DNA from: a virus
DNA: 64,000 bases
Virus record (IMG/VR): IMGVR_UViG_3300018917_000003
Strand: one strand, 5' to 3'
Positions 44,704 through 53,783 of this stretch are shown here, one piece after another. The notes beneath the pieces were generated by a model that was not told the origin of the DNA, did not search any database, and saw nothing but the letters and a program-made list of their open reading frames with translations. Each line of letters opens with the position of its first letter. The first letter of the stretch is position 1. The translations under genes and the position numbers were made by a program.

Positions 44704-47415
44704 ATGATCAACCAGAAGGATATCGCCAAGAAGCAAGCGGAAATAGTTGGTCAGTTGCAGCAGTTCCCGATCGGGCGTACCAATTCTGGCGGCAGGGCGG
44801 GGGGAACCGTTGAAGTAGTTGTCACCAATCCGCTACCGGGTCAGCCAAGTGTAGTACAGGCAAAATGCGCCAATGATTGCCCGCCGGGTGATGTGCAGTT
44901 GTTGAAGGTTGACGATGGGAGCTATGTGGCGCTTTCTCCAAATGCGGCGGTTAAGACTTCGGAGACAACGACGCGACAGGTATCAAAAAAAGAGTCAATC
45001 AAGCCGAAAACAGACGAAGATATTTGGCCATGCACTGTTTGCTTTTTATATTCAAGAATCAAACCAAATACTGAAAACTTAACTGACAATGGGGCAGCAT
45101 CGGGTAATGAAACCAGTTGGGACTTTGTTCGAGGCTATTCAACTTCAAACACCCAAAGTTTTGCTTATGTAGCAAGACAAAGATTTGACGAACTTGGAGA
45201 TTATTACACAGCTCAAGATGCAATTGATAATAAATTAAAACCGGATAGATTAATTGTTCCTATAGGTGGTAATGGAGCAGGCAAAGATAACCTAGTTGCT
45301 GCTTCTGGCTCTCCCGATGCTGTTACAGTTTGGTGGTATATCGGTCAGCTAGGGATAGAAAATGCGACAGGATTAGTAGAAGCAGGTGACGGACAAATAT
45401 TTAAGGCTTTAGGGACAAGTACTTTTCCCGGTAATCAAAACACCGAACAAGGGCCTGGTTTTTGTATGGAAATGTACAGACAAGGCTCTATTTCAGTAAG
45501 TCTTTATCCTATTCAGCAATTCGGATTAGATCCGTTAACTCAACACTTAAAAAGCTCGTTTTTCGCGTTAGGTGGCAGAATTGGTTATTGGGGCAATATC
45601 TATTCTTGGCATGGAATGCAGGATTATACGACAGGAGGAAGTCGTAGAACTTTCTTGTATCGAGAATATTGGAGTGGAATACAGGGAGTCCCTGCCTACC
45701 CTACAGAAACAATTCAAACTCCGACCAGCTTGCCTCCAGACCACGTATTAACTATAAACCCTTGGACTCTTGAGAATGCTGCATGGTATAAATACGGCTG
45801 GGAATATCCTAATAACAAAATTGCGTGTATGTCTGCTGGCGCTATAGTTGCAACCACTTCTGCGATAACAAGTTCTTTTGCTTGTGGTGACACAGTTGCT
45901 GGAGATAAATGGTATTGGTCAGGTGGAATTGGTAGCAGTGCCGGAGCTTTGGACAAGCGAGCTAATTATAGTTCTGCTAGGGGAATGTTTGTTTGCTGGC
46001 AGGGACACAAAGACAATATTGGACTAGCTCATAACTTTTGGGAAGCGTTTAGAATTTACTGGGAAATACCGGGAACCGTTACAAAGCTTCGTTCATGTAA
46101 TCTTTATGGATGCGAATTACCGGGCGGGGGAGGCAGTTATCCGCCCTCACCTCCAGCCGATGCTCAACGATTTGTTAGCGAATCTCACGGCAGAAAAGCT
46201 GAAATATGGTTAAAGATTCACAAAGAAGATTTAGAACCTGTTGAAATAAAATTACCCTTTGAATTTGCAGCAGTAATTGAAAGAATTACAGTATTAGGCG
46301 GTGGCAGCTTGAATACTGGAACTGCTTTTGAAGCAGGAAAAAATCAATCTAGATTTTTAACTTATGGAAAATTTTCGCAATTCGGTGGCGGACAATTTGA
46401 CCCGTATAGTTTAGAAAACCCCCACGCTACTTTGTCCGTGGATAGTGAATTTGCTTATATTGATATTCTTTATGGCGCACAAAGATTGTGGGAAGAACCT
46501 TTAACACTTCCGGTAAAACCTCGGTTAGCAAATATGGGCTTTGGTTCTGCTAGAACAGGAATTGGTTCACAATATGGAAGTGATTTCAATATTGAACGCA
46601 GACCAGCCCTAAATCCTGTCGATACTTCTTTTTCTAATATTAATGTTAGAATATCTGGCGCTACTTTTCATACAACTCCAGATACCCATCCCCGTATAGT
46701 TAAAGATTGCTTTACCTGCTGCCAATCATACAAAGTAAGATTGCCGACCAAAGATAATCCACTAGCAACTATTGTTGCATCTCAAAAATATAAAAATGGT
46801 GAAAACATTACACTGACAGTTGCTAACCCTGACAATGAATTTAATAATAAATTTTTGATAGCTGACTATAGGACGGAAAACTTATTAAACGATTATTTAA
46901 CACCTAATTATGTGCAAAAAGTACACCCACAACCGCATTATGCTACGTTTGGCGGACTCCCTGTATTAATGCAAATAATTGACTACACTCCCCAAAACGT
47001 AGGGCAACTTGCGCCTACGTTTTATAAAAATCAATCAGATTGGAGTGTAATGGATTGGATTCATTATCAGTTGCAAGAATCTCCTAGACGATACAATCCT
47101 CTGTTAACCGTTCTGCCTCCCGGAGTAGTTACGAGGCAGAACGAGCGAGTTGCTACAATATTTGATTTAGATAATAAATTTGACAGACAGGGGCGAGCGG
47201 AAAGAATTATGCCATCTGCGGCTTTTGGTAATTCCACATCTACGGCTCCTACCTATCGAGTATACAATTCAACAGCATATTTCCCATTGTTTGTTAGTTT
47301 CAAAGAACAATTAATTGGGAACGGACTAATTGAAAATAATAAACTAACAAAATGGTTTAGAATTAATACATCTAGCTTTCCTGTTTTTGGACAATTAAAA
47401 CGAAATCCTTTGTAA
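44704..47415 (+). CDS. Large hypothetical protein (903 aa), possible virion or host-interaction protein
   Basis: Long ORF rich in Gly/Trp/Tyr. No motif recognised. Confidence 0.5.
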   Translation: MINQKDIAKKQAEIVGQLQQFPIGRTNSGGRAGGTVEVVVTNPLPGQPSVVQAKCANDCPPGDVQLLKVDDGSYVALSPNAAVKTSETTTRQVSKKESIKPKTDEDIWPCTVCFLYSRIKPNTENLTDNGAASGNETSWDFVRGYSTSNTQSFAYVARQRFDELGDYYTAQDAIDNKLKPDRLIVPIGGNGAGKDNLVAASGSPDAVTVWWYIGQLGIENATGLVEAGDGQIFKALGTSTFPGNQNTEQGPGFCMEMYRQGSISVSLYPIQQFGLDPLTQHLKSSFFALGGRIGYWGNIYSWHGMQDYTTGGSRRTFLYREYWSGIQGVPAYPTETIQTPTSLPPDHVLTINPWTLENAAWYKYGWEYPNNKIACMSAGAIVATTSAITSSFACGDTVAGDKWYWSGGIGSSAGALDKRANYSSARGMFVCWQGHKDNIGLAHNFWEAFRIYWEIPGTVTKLRSCNLYGCELPGGGGSYPPSPPADAQRFVSESHGRKAEIWLKIHKEDLEPVEIKLPFEFAAVIERITVLGGGSLNTGTAFEAGKNQSRFLTYGKFSQFGGGQFDPYSLENPHATLSVDSEFAYIDILYGAQRLWEEPLTLPVKPRLANMGFGSARTGIGSQYGSDFNIERRPALNPVDTSFSNINVRISGATFHTTPDTHPRIVKDCFTCCQSYKVRLPTKDNPLATIVASQKYKNGENITLTVANPDNEFNNKFLIADYRTENLLNDYLTPNYVQKVHPQPHYATFGGLPVLMQIIDYTPQNVGQLAPTFYKNQSDWSVMDWIHYQLQESPRRYNPLLTVLPPGVVTRQNERVATIFDLDNKFDRQGRAERIMPSAAFGNSTSTAPTYRVYNSTAYFPLFVSFKEQLIGNGLIENNKLTKWFRINTSSFPVFGQLKRNPL

Positions 47416-47418
47416 CTC

Positions 47419-48150
47419 ATGGCATATTTCAATGCTGAAAATAAATTATCTAACTGCATAGGATGTTTCTCGACGCTAGGACAAATAATTGCTAATAATC
47501 AAGACTTTAATATTCCTGGCGATTTAATTGACTATAATACTGGTTCTAACCTTGACAGTCTTTTGTCGGGTCAATGCCAGATTTTCCTTACAACTGCTAT
47601 GGAATTTACTTGGTTTGTAGAACAGAGAGATATTATCTACGCACCGCCAGATAGTGCTAGTGGAATTCCGTTAGTTTCGTTTGGCGAAAAAAAAGTTTAT
47701 CCCGCCAAAGTGACTGGATTGAATTTACCTCTTATTGCTAATACCTTTCATACGTCAATTCCTGTAACTGTACGATGGCGAGATGAATTAATTAGACACG
47801 GAAGCTTAGCCGCTTCCTTTGACGTACAAAGTGGTAATTTTAGACCAGGGTTTGGACAGTTAATTTTATCTGATCTAAATAGACCTTTAAAGTCTGCAAC
47901 GGTTCAGACAAACAACTTGGGATTGCCTAGTCTTACGTCAGACACTAAATTCGCAATACAAAACGGCTTAACAGGCCCACTCGGTCGCCTGATGTCAATT
48001 GCCAGCTACGTCAACCCAATACTAGCCAAACAATATGATGATAGTAAAAACAAGAAAAAGAAAAAGTCTTTAAACGAACAAACTTACCAAGACCCGCCAC
48101 AATATCCAACTTATACGCAATATCAAACTAGCGGCGGTTACGGTGGCTAA
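47419..48150 (+). CDS. Hypothetical protein (243 aa) with a Lys-rich C-terminal tract
   Basis: It starts 3 nt after the preceding stop. No motif. Confidence 0.5.
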   Translation: MAYFNAENKLSNCIGCFSTLGQIIANNQDFNIPGDLIDYNTGSNLDSLLSGQCQIFLTTAMEFTWFVEQRDIIYAPPDSASGIPLVSFGEKKVYPAKVTGLNLPLIANTFHTSIPVTVRWRDELIRHGSLAASFDVQSGNFRPGFGQLILSDLNRPLKSATVQTNNLGLPSLTSDTKFAIQNGLTGPLGRLMSIASYVNPILAKQYDDSKNKKKKKSLNEQTYQDPPQYPTYTQYQTSGGYGG

Positions 48151-48971
48151 TTATTGTCTAACCTTGGCTTGATTTCTCTAATAAAATACTCTGGATTGTA
48201 TTTAACATAAACTTCGTGAGTTTCATTCAGGTTGCGCCGTTGTAAAGCTGCATTAATTGCATTTTCAGTAAGTAATGCAATTCTTAAGCGATTTAAATTA
48301 GATACACTCTCAGAATGTATTCGATAACAATACAAAAAGTCTGGAATTTTAAATATTTCGGTTATTTCTGAAATCCGTAGACATAACTCGTAATCTTCGA
48401 GCATATTAAAGTCTAAATCAATGCCACCAACCTGTTCGTAAGCCAACCGACGCATTAGTCTAAAATGAAACACCATAAAGCTAGTCAACAAAGCTTCTTT
48501 AGAATATTCGCGAGAGCAGCGCCACCCAACTCTTAATTTTTGGCCATATTCATCTATATCGAGATAATTTGTGTAAACCAAGCCACATTGCGGGTTCTGA
48601 TCTAGTCCCGCTGCCGTCAACTCGATCGCCAGGGCCTCAAGAACATCATCCGAATCAACCTGCCCCACATACTCACCCCGCGCTGCTTCAAACCCCGTTT
48701 TAAGCGCATAAGCCGCGCCCCTGTTGGTTTTGTCGGTCAACACCCGCACCCGATCGTCCTCCAGTGCAAATTGTTCTGCAATTGCCAATGTCCCATCCGT
48801 AGACCCATCATCAACAATGATGCACTCAAGATCGCGGTAGGTTTGGTCAAGAACTGATTTAATGGCGATGCCGACGTATTGCTCGCGGTTGTAGGCTGGG
48901 ATGATGATCGAGACTTTGGGCGCTTTTGATTCTGCTGGTTTATCTTTTCCGGGCGATGCTGGTTTGTTCAT
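48147..48971 (-). CDS. Family 2 glycosyltransferase
   Basis: VSIIIPAYNREQYVGIAIKSVLDQTYRDLECIIVDDGSTDGT ... QVDSDDVL: the GT-A fold N-terminus with a DxD motif. Confidence 0.85.
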   Translation of the reverse strand: MNKPASPGKDKPAESKAPKVSIIIPAYNREQYVGIAIKSVLDQTYRDLECIIVDDGSTDGTLAIAEQFALEDDRVRVLTDKTNRGAAYALKTGFEAARGEYVGQVDSDDVLEALAIELTAAGLDQNPQCGLVYTNYLDIDEYGQKLRVGWRCSREYSKEALLTSFMVFHFRLMRRLAYEQVGGIDLDFNMLEDYELCLRISEITEIFKIPDFLYCYRIHSESVSNLNRLRIALLTENAINAALQRRNLNETHEVYVKYNPEYFIREIKPRLDNN

Positions 48972-49019
48972 GAAATTGTTAAAGTGAATTCAATATGAAT
49001 AATTTTAATCAAAAAATTT

Positions 49020-49826
49020 ATGAAACGCATATTTTTAGTTGGAGCGCCCCGCAGCGGCACAACCATTCTGCAAAGCTTGCTAGCCGCGCACCCCAATATC
49101 ACGTCGTTTCCTGAAACAAAGTTTTTCCATTATCTTTGGAGCGATCGACTTCACGACAAACTCCGAGAACGACTGCACCGATGGTTCCATGCGGAAATCC
49201 GACGCCCTGATTTGTATAACGAGACAGAAATCCGGCGGCAGGCTACAAGCGATCGAATTCGTTGGTTTGTCGGAGTTCTAGATCGACTGGCAGAAGAAGA
49301 GGGCAATCAAATCTGGTTGGAAAAAACACCAGAGCATATTTATTTCATCAAAGACATTTTGGACTACTTGCCGGATGCGCGATTTATTGACATTATCCGC
49401 AATCCGCTGGAAGTAGTAGCATCTATGCGGAAAGCGACACAAGACCCCCTCAACAACATCCTATGGGGCGGAGAATGGACGCTAGAATTCTGCATTGAGC
49501 GGTGGAAGAGTGCGGCGCTAGTCACTTACTGTTCCCAAAATTCCCCCCAGCATTTAGTCGTTCGCTACGAAGACTTACTAACAGATAAAACCAAGCTGTT
49601 GTCGCAGTGTTGTCACTTTATTAATGTTGCTTACGACGTTGAGATGCTGAGGAATTACCAGGTCAAAGCGGTTAAGCTGGGACTGGGGCTGCCGTGGCAT
49701 GAAGAAATTGATCGTGAGATCGAACCTGCGGCAGTCGCCAAATATGAAAGCTTTTTTAATGAAGACGAGGTGCGACATATTCTGCGACAGACTGCGGAAC
49801 TGCGATCGTACTTTGGGTACGACTGA
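49020..49826 (+). CDS. Sulfotransferase family protein
   Basis: The N-terminal IFLVGAPRSGTTILQSLL matches the PAPS 5'-phosphosulfate-binding loop of sulfotransferases. Size is about 270 aa. Confidence 0.7.
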   Translation: MKRIFLVGAPRSGTTILQSLLAAHPNITSFPETKFFHYLWSDRLHDKLRERLHRWFHAEIRRPDLYNETEIRRQATSDRIRWFVGVLDRLAEEEGNQIWLEKTPEHIYFIKDILDYLPDARFIDIIRNPLEVVASMRKATQDPLNNILWGGEWTLEFCIERWKSAALVTYCSQNSPQHLVVRYEDLLTDKTKLLSQCCHFINVAYDVEMLRNYQVKAVKLGLGLPWHEEIDREIEPAAVAKYESFFNEDEVRHILRQTAELRSYFGYD

Positions 49827-49886
49827 GTGAGACAGGTACAAGTACGCCTCTTGTCGTCTTTTTTCGACAGGGCTTTTTTATGTCCT

Positions 49887-50084
49887 GAAGCGAGAGACAA
49901 TTTGTATAGGCTTATTGTTGAGCTTGTTGCTCAGATTTTTTATATTTATAATAATTCTACGTGACAAACTCATCTATTACATTGTCGCTTCTACTTACAT
50001 TCTGACTGTAGAGGTTGCTTTAGTTTTGAAAACAGAAATTAAACTAGCCTTAACAGGTGGAGCGAACAAAATGGCTCTTGCTTC
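49887..50084 (+). repeat. Structured intergenic element, copy D (left hairpin arm degenerate)
   Basis: GAAGCGAGAG...CTCTTGCTTC termini. The loop carries TATAAT. Hairpin 2 is conserved. Confidence 0.85.
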
Positions 50085-50143
50085 AAAACCCAGACTGTTG
50101 TTTGCGTTATCATTTAGGTAGACTTATTGCAAAAAATAAAATT

Positions 50144-50638
50144 ATGCGCCACATCAACGAAAAAGGGCTGGCACTGGTCAAAGAGTTTGAAGGGTGCGAA
50201 CTAGAAGCGTACTTGTGTCCCGCCGGAGTCTGGACGATCGGGTATGGACACACATTATCGGCGACTCCCGGAATGTCGATTGACGAGGCTATGGCAGATG
50301 CGCTGCTGCGGGAAGATTTGCAGAAGGCTGAAGAAGCGGTTGATCGGCTGGTAACGGTTCCGATCAACGACAACCAGTTTTCGGCATTGGTATCGTTTGT
50401 TTTCAACATTGGTGCATCGGTTTTTACGTTAGGTGGCGAGCCAGAGCCAGGGGCTTTTGATAGATCGACTTTATTGAAAATGCTTAACGCTGGTGCAGCG
50501 CCTGAGACGGTCGCTGCTCAATTTTTGCGATGGAACAAAGCAGGTTATCAACAATTGGCTGGACTGACACGTCGCCGTCATGCCGAGAGGGCATTATTTT
50601 TAGACCCTGTAGCTCCTCAAAACCCCACGAAAAGATAA
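50144..50638 (+). CDS. Phage lysozyme (GH24, T4-lysozyme-like endolysin)
   Basis: GLALVKEFEGCELEAYLCPAGVWTIGYGHT...FSALVSFVFNIG is the GH24 signature. The ATG at 50144 was chosen because the longer ORF (50057) runs into repeat copy D. Confidence 0.88.
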   Translation: MRHINEKGLALVKEFEGCELEAYLCPAGVWTIGYGHTLSATPGMSIDEAMADALLREDLQKAEEAVDRLVTVPINDNQFSALVSFVFNIGASVFTLGGEPEPGAFDRSTLLKMLNAGAAPETVAAQFLRWNKAGYQQLAGLTRRRHAERALFLDPVAPQNPTKR

Positions 50639-50713
50639 AGCAACGACATTACCAGCTAAGGACACAATAGCTTCAAATATCTGGCGCTGTACCTGTTATG
50701 ACTTTTAATCGAC

Positions 50714-50744
50714 AAAAAACCCGGAATGTTCCGGGTTTGTTTTA
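50714..50744 (+). terminator. Intrinsic terminator after the lysozyme gene
   Basis: AAAAACCCGGAATGTTCCGGGTTTGTTTT: GC-rich hairpin plus a T-run. Confidence 0.75.
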
Positions 50745-50749
50745 GCAAT

Positions 50750-50997
50750 CACGCAAGAGTTAGAACTTAGATCTATTGTTAAGTTTAGATTATGAGTTCA
50801 TCGGTTCAAACTTTCCAATCGATTCAGGTTTATTGCTGAGGCTGTCACTCAGATTTTTATATTCTATATCTCTTCTACGTGACAGACTCATCTATTATAT
50901 CTTCGACTCTATGGATATTCCACCTGTAGAGCTTGATCGAGTTTTAAAAAAATCAGAGCGACCTCAACCAGTGGAATAGGTAAATGACTCTCGCTTT
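50750..50997 (+). repeat. Structured intergenic element, copy E (longer, divergent left end)
   Basis: Hairpin 1, its loop and hairpin 2 are conserved. The right end is CTCTCGCTTT. The left end GCAAGAGTTAGAACTTAG is shared with a solo fragment near 43750. Confidence 0.8.
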
Positions 50998-51042
50998 AAC
51001 ACCCGCTCACCGCCACCAATTTTGCCAGAAACTCGTTAAACT

Positions 51043-51073
51043 CTGACAAAAACCTTTGATATTTTGGTATAAT
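51043..51073 (+). promoter_or_regulatory. Extended -10 promoter candidate for 51143-52183
   Basis: CTGACA (51043-51048) and TGGTATAAT (51065-51073). Followed by a nested 5'-UTR hairpin GCCACT..AGGACG..CGTCCT..AGTGGC. Confidence 0.55.
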
Positions 51074-51142
51074 TGAATATTAAGCCACTAGGACGTTAGA
51101 GCGTCCTTTTATCAGTGGCAGTCACCTAAACAACTAGGCAAC

Positions 51143-52183
51143 ATGAGTAATATAACAGTTTTGCGGACAGAGCGCAATGGCGTTGAGTTTTTCACTATCG
51201 CAGCTACGGGCGAGTCGGGGATGAGCCAAAGTGGTCTAGCGCGGGCGTGTGGGAAGGATCAATCTACTATTAGTCGGTTGATTGAGGCACTGTCAGGGGA
51301 AAAGTCTTCAAAAACGTTAAAACCCTCAACTTACAAAGGTTTTGCACCGTCAGGCAAATTTTCTTTAAAAAAGCTAAATCCTTCTGTAGACAAGGATTTG
51401 ACACTTATGCAAAAAGTGTATTCAAAATGGCTACAACCTTTTACCGGAAAGGATTTGACACTTATGCGTGACCACTCTAGCTCTGATAGTAAGACTCGCA
51501 ACGTCACGGTTTACACTGCTGAGTTTTGCGCTGCGGTAATCAAACACTACGCTTACAGCGGTTCTGAGACAGCTCAGGACTTTGATTTCTCACTGGGAAT
51601 TATTGGGTTAACGTCCTACATTCAGAGTCAGACAGGATGGTTGCCTAAAGAGTTTAAGGCAGCGCCCAAAGAGCATGACAAGCTGGATGAATTTCTAGGC
51701 TTAGCGATGGAATGGGATCGAGGGCCGATGATGGTAGTTGATTGGGAAGGTGAAGTCGATATGTCTGACAGTTGGACATTTTTCGATGCGATTGTGTTTT
51801 CTGGTTTTACCCCTGAAGAGTTTATCTTATTTGAAGATGAGACAAGAGAGCTAGGACTGCAAAAACATAGCAAGAGTGAACAAGTTAAGCTATTTTTTAA
51901 AAGGAATCCTGAAATAGAAGAAAGGCAAAAACCTTACACCGAGAATGTTAGAAGGATGTTAAGACTGCCCAAAAATTCGCAATTATTTCGGATGACTTTT
52001 TTAGACGAGTACGGATGTAATTTGGATAATCTTTATTCCAAATTAGAAACTTCCGCCTCTGCCTTACGAATATACAGGCTAGGATACGCAGATCGAACAC
52101 AATACGCAGACCCCCAATACCCATACTCCCGTAACTCAGACTATCTGGAAGGCTGGAACGCAAACATCAGCGTAAGCCAATAA
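51143..52183 (+). CDS. Hypothetical DNA-binding protein (N-terminal HTH)
   Basis: GMSQSGLARACGKDQSTISRLIEAL is an HTH-like segment. There is an internal short duplication (..DKDLTLMQ.. / ..GKDLTLMR..). Confidence 0.55.
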   Translation: MSNITVLRTERNGVEFFTIAATGESGMSQSGLARACGKDQSTISRLIEALSGEKSSKTLKPSTYKGFAPSGKFSLKKLNPSVDKDLTLMQKVYSKWLQPFTGKDLTLMRDHSSSDSKTRNVTVYTAEFCAAVIKHYAYSGSETAQDFDFSLGIIGLTSYIQSQTGWLPKEFKAAPKEHDKLDEFLGLAMEWDRGPMMVVDWEGEVDMSDSWTFFDAIVFSGFTPEEFILFEDETRELGLQKHSKSEQVKLFFKRNPEIEERQKPYTENVRRMLRLPKNSQLFRMTFLDEYGCNLDNLYSKLETSASALRIYRLGYADRTQYADPQYPYSRNSDYLEGWNANISVSQ

Positions 52184-52285
52184 AGCCGACGCGCACATTT
52201 AATCACTTGCGCCTAACAACAGAAGCCCCGACTGTTTGGGGCTTTTCCTTTGACATAATTAAATCAAGTAGAGAGAAACTAACAC

Positions 52286-52585
52286 ATGAGACGACTTGTA
52301 GATATTGCCTTAAATCTTGTAGGAATTGCGCCCGATCACCCCGCCACCCAAGTAGAAACAGAACAGAAGGAGAAAGCCCCGCCTCGTGCTATGTGCTGCA
52401 AGTGCTTTTACTGGTCAGGCAGAGTTGGCTGCTTGCCAGCGGACTTAGTGTGTGCGGTCAACTATCCGCAGCCAACTAAGGAAGATTTGGAAGTCGCTGG
52501 CAACCGCCCCGCTTACGCTGTCCACGACTGCCCAGATTTTAAACTAAAGCCACAGCCAGAGTCTAGGACAATACAGTTGCACTGA
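52286..52585 (+). CDS. Cys-rich hypothetical protein
   Basis: 99-aa ORF with CCKC..C..C..C. No family assigned. Confidence 0.45.
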   Translation: MRRLVDIALNLVGIAPDHPATQVETEQKEKAPPRAMCCKCFYWSGRVGCLPADLVCAVNYPQPTKEDLEVAGNRPAYAVHDCPDFKLKPQPESRTIQLH

Positions 52586-52636
52586 TGGCGGGGGCTGGTT
52601 TTCTGTTACAGGGTATAGGTTTGGGCGATTGGAAAA

Positions 52637-52688
52637 AAGAATTTTGGTTTAGGGGTTGACATGTCGAAGTAGATATACGATGATAGTC
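52637..52688 (+). promoter_or_regulatory. Conserved promoter-like block, copy 1 (AAGAATTTTGGyTTAGGGGTTGACA..AGTAGATATACGATGA)
   Basis: Near-identical to 53701-53753. TTGACA is at 52656-52661, about 60 nt upstream of the ATG at 52719. The -10 is not canonical. Confidence 0.45.
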
Positions 52689-52718
52689 ACATATTAAGGA
52701 AATCAAGGAAGCAAATAA

Positions 52719-53372
52719 ATGACAACCTCACTCGCTGTTACCATCCAACCGACAATCTGGCAAGATGCCACACCAGAAGTCCAAGTTAACGACGTTATCC
52801 GCCGCCCCTTCACTCCGATCGCCCGCGTCGTCCATAAGGAAGTTCTCGAAGACGGTCGCATCTGCTTAGTCGTTACTTTTCCGGGCTGTCGCGATCAGAA
52901 AAATGAGGAATGGGTGCTACCAGCGATTGAAGTCGTACCCGAACCAGCTCCAACACCCGCAGCCATCGGGACTGACAACGAACCGCCGAACAGAGGCGAC
53001 AACGGACGGGGACGAACGCAGTCAATCGCCAAGACCAACAAAGCTTTTGCTGCCGTGTTTGCGGATAGACCTAAGCAATATCAGCAATTCTTGATCATCC
53101 GGGAAGAGTTGACTGCGATCAGCGTTAAGGTCGGCAGATTAATCAACAGCCGGGAAGATGCTAAAGGCTGGCGGCTGGATTGGGATGGCGATAAGGCAGG
53201 GCTTTATTGGACGGTTGGCAATGGCTGGAAGATTGGCTCGCGCAAGTATGAAACGGAACTCACCGGGAACTGGGAAGGTTTTGATTTGATCGAACACCTA
53301 GCCTGCAACGGAATTGACTTAGAACCAGTAGATGATTTAGAGCCAAAAGATGATGAGTTGATCGCTAGTTAG
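52719..53372 (+). CDS. Hypothetical protein
   Basis: 217-aa ORF with AAGGAAGCAAATAAATG upstream. Confidence 0.55.
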   Translation: MTTSLAVTIQPTIWQDATPEVQVNDVIRRPFTPIARVVHKEVLEDGRICLVVTFPGCRDQKNEEWVLPAIEVVPEPAPTPAAIGTDNEPPNRGDNGRGRTQSIAKTNKAFAAVFADRPKQYQQFLIIREELTAISVKVGRLINSREDAKGWRLDWDGDKAGLYWTVGNGWKIGSRKYETELTGNWEGFDLIEHLACNGIDLEPVDDLEPKDDELIAS

Positions 53373-53436
53373 TCTAGATAGTTCATAATCACCCCAGTTA
53401 TTGCAATAACTGGGTCTATTCAATAAAAAAAAACCA

Positions 53437-53730
53437 ATGGACGAAACACAAAGACAAGCACAGCGCAAATACTCGGCAACAAGAAAGGGACGATCAAACC
53501 GTAACAAAGCACAGCGCAAATACTCGACGACAGAGGGAGCAAAGGAAGTCCAGCGCAAGTACGAGGCATCAGAGAAAGCCAAAGAGCGCAAGCGGCGGTA
53601 CTTTGAAAGTTTGACACCGGAACAGCGGGAGAGACTACAGGAAAACCAGCGCAAGGCTAAGCGGTTAAGCGCTCAACGGCGGCGGGAAAAAGAAAAGCAA
53701 AAGAATTTTGGCTTAGGGGTTGACACATGA
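53437..53730 (+). CDS. Small basic protein with three (A)QRKY(S/E) repeats
   Basis: AQRKYSATRKG / AQRKYSTTEGAKEV / QRKYEASEKAKERKRRY. Highly basic, probably nucleic-acid binding. Confidence 0.5.
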   Translation: MDETQRQAQRKYSATRKGRSNRNKAQRKYSTTEGAKEVQRKYEASEKAKERKRRYFESLTPEQRERLQENQRKAKRLSAQRRREKEKQKNFGLGVDT

Positions 53731-53753
53731 AAGTAGTAGATATACGATGACAG
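53701..53753 (+). promoter_or_regulatory. Conserved promoter-like block, copy 2
   Basis: Near-identical to 52637-52688. TTGACA is at 53720-53725. It overlaps the 3' end of 53437-53730 and lies about 60 nt upstream of the ATG at 53784. Confidence 0.45.
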
Positions 53754-53783
53754 TATGCCAAAGAAACAAAAGGACGCAATCAA

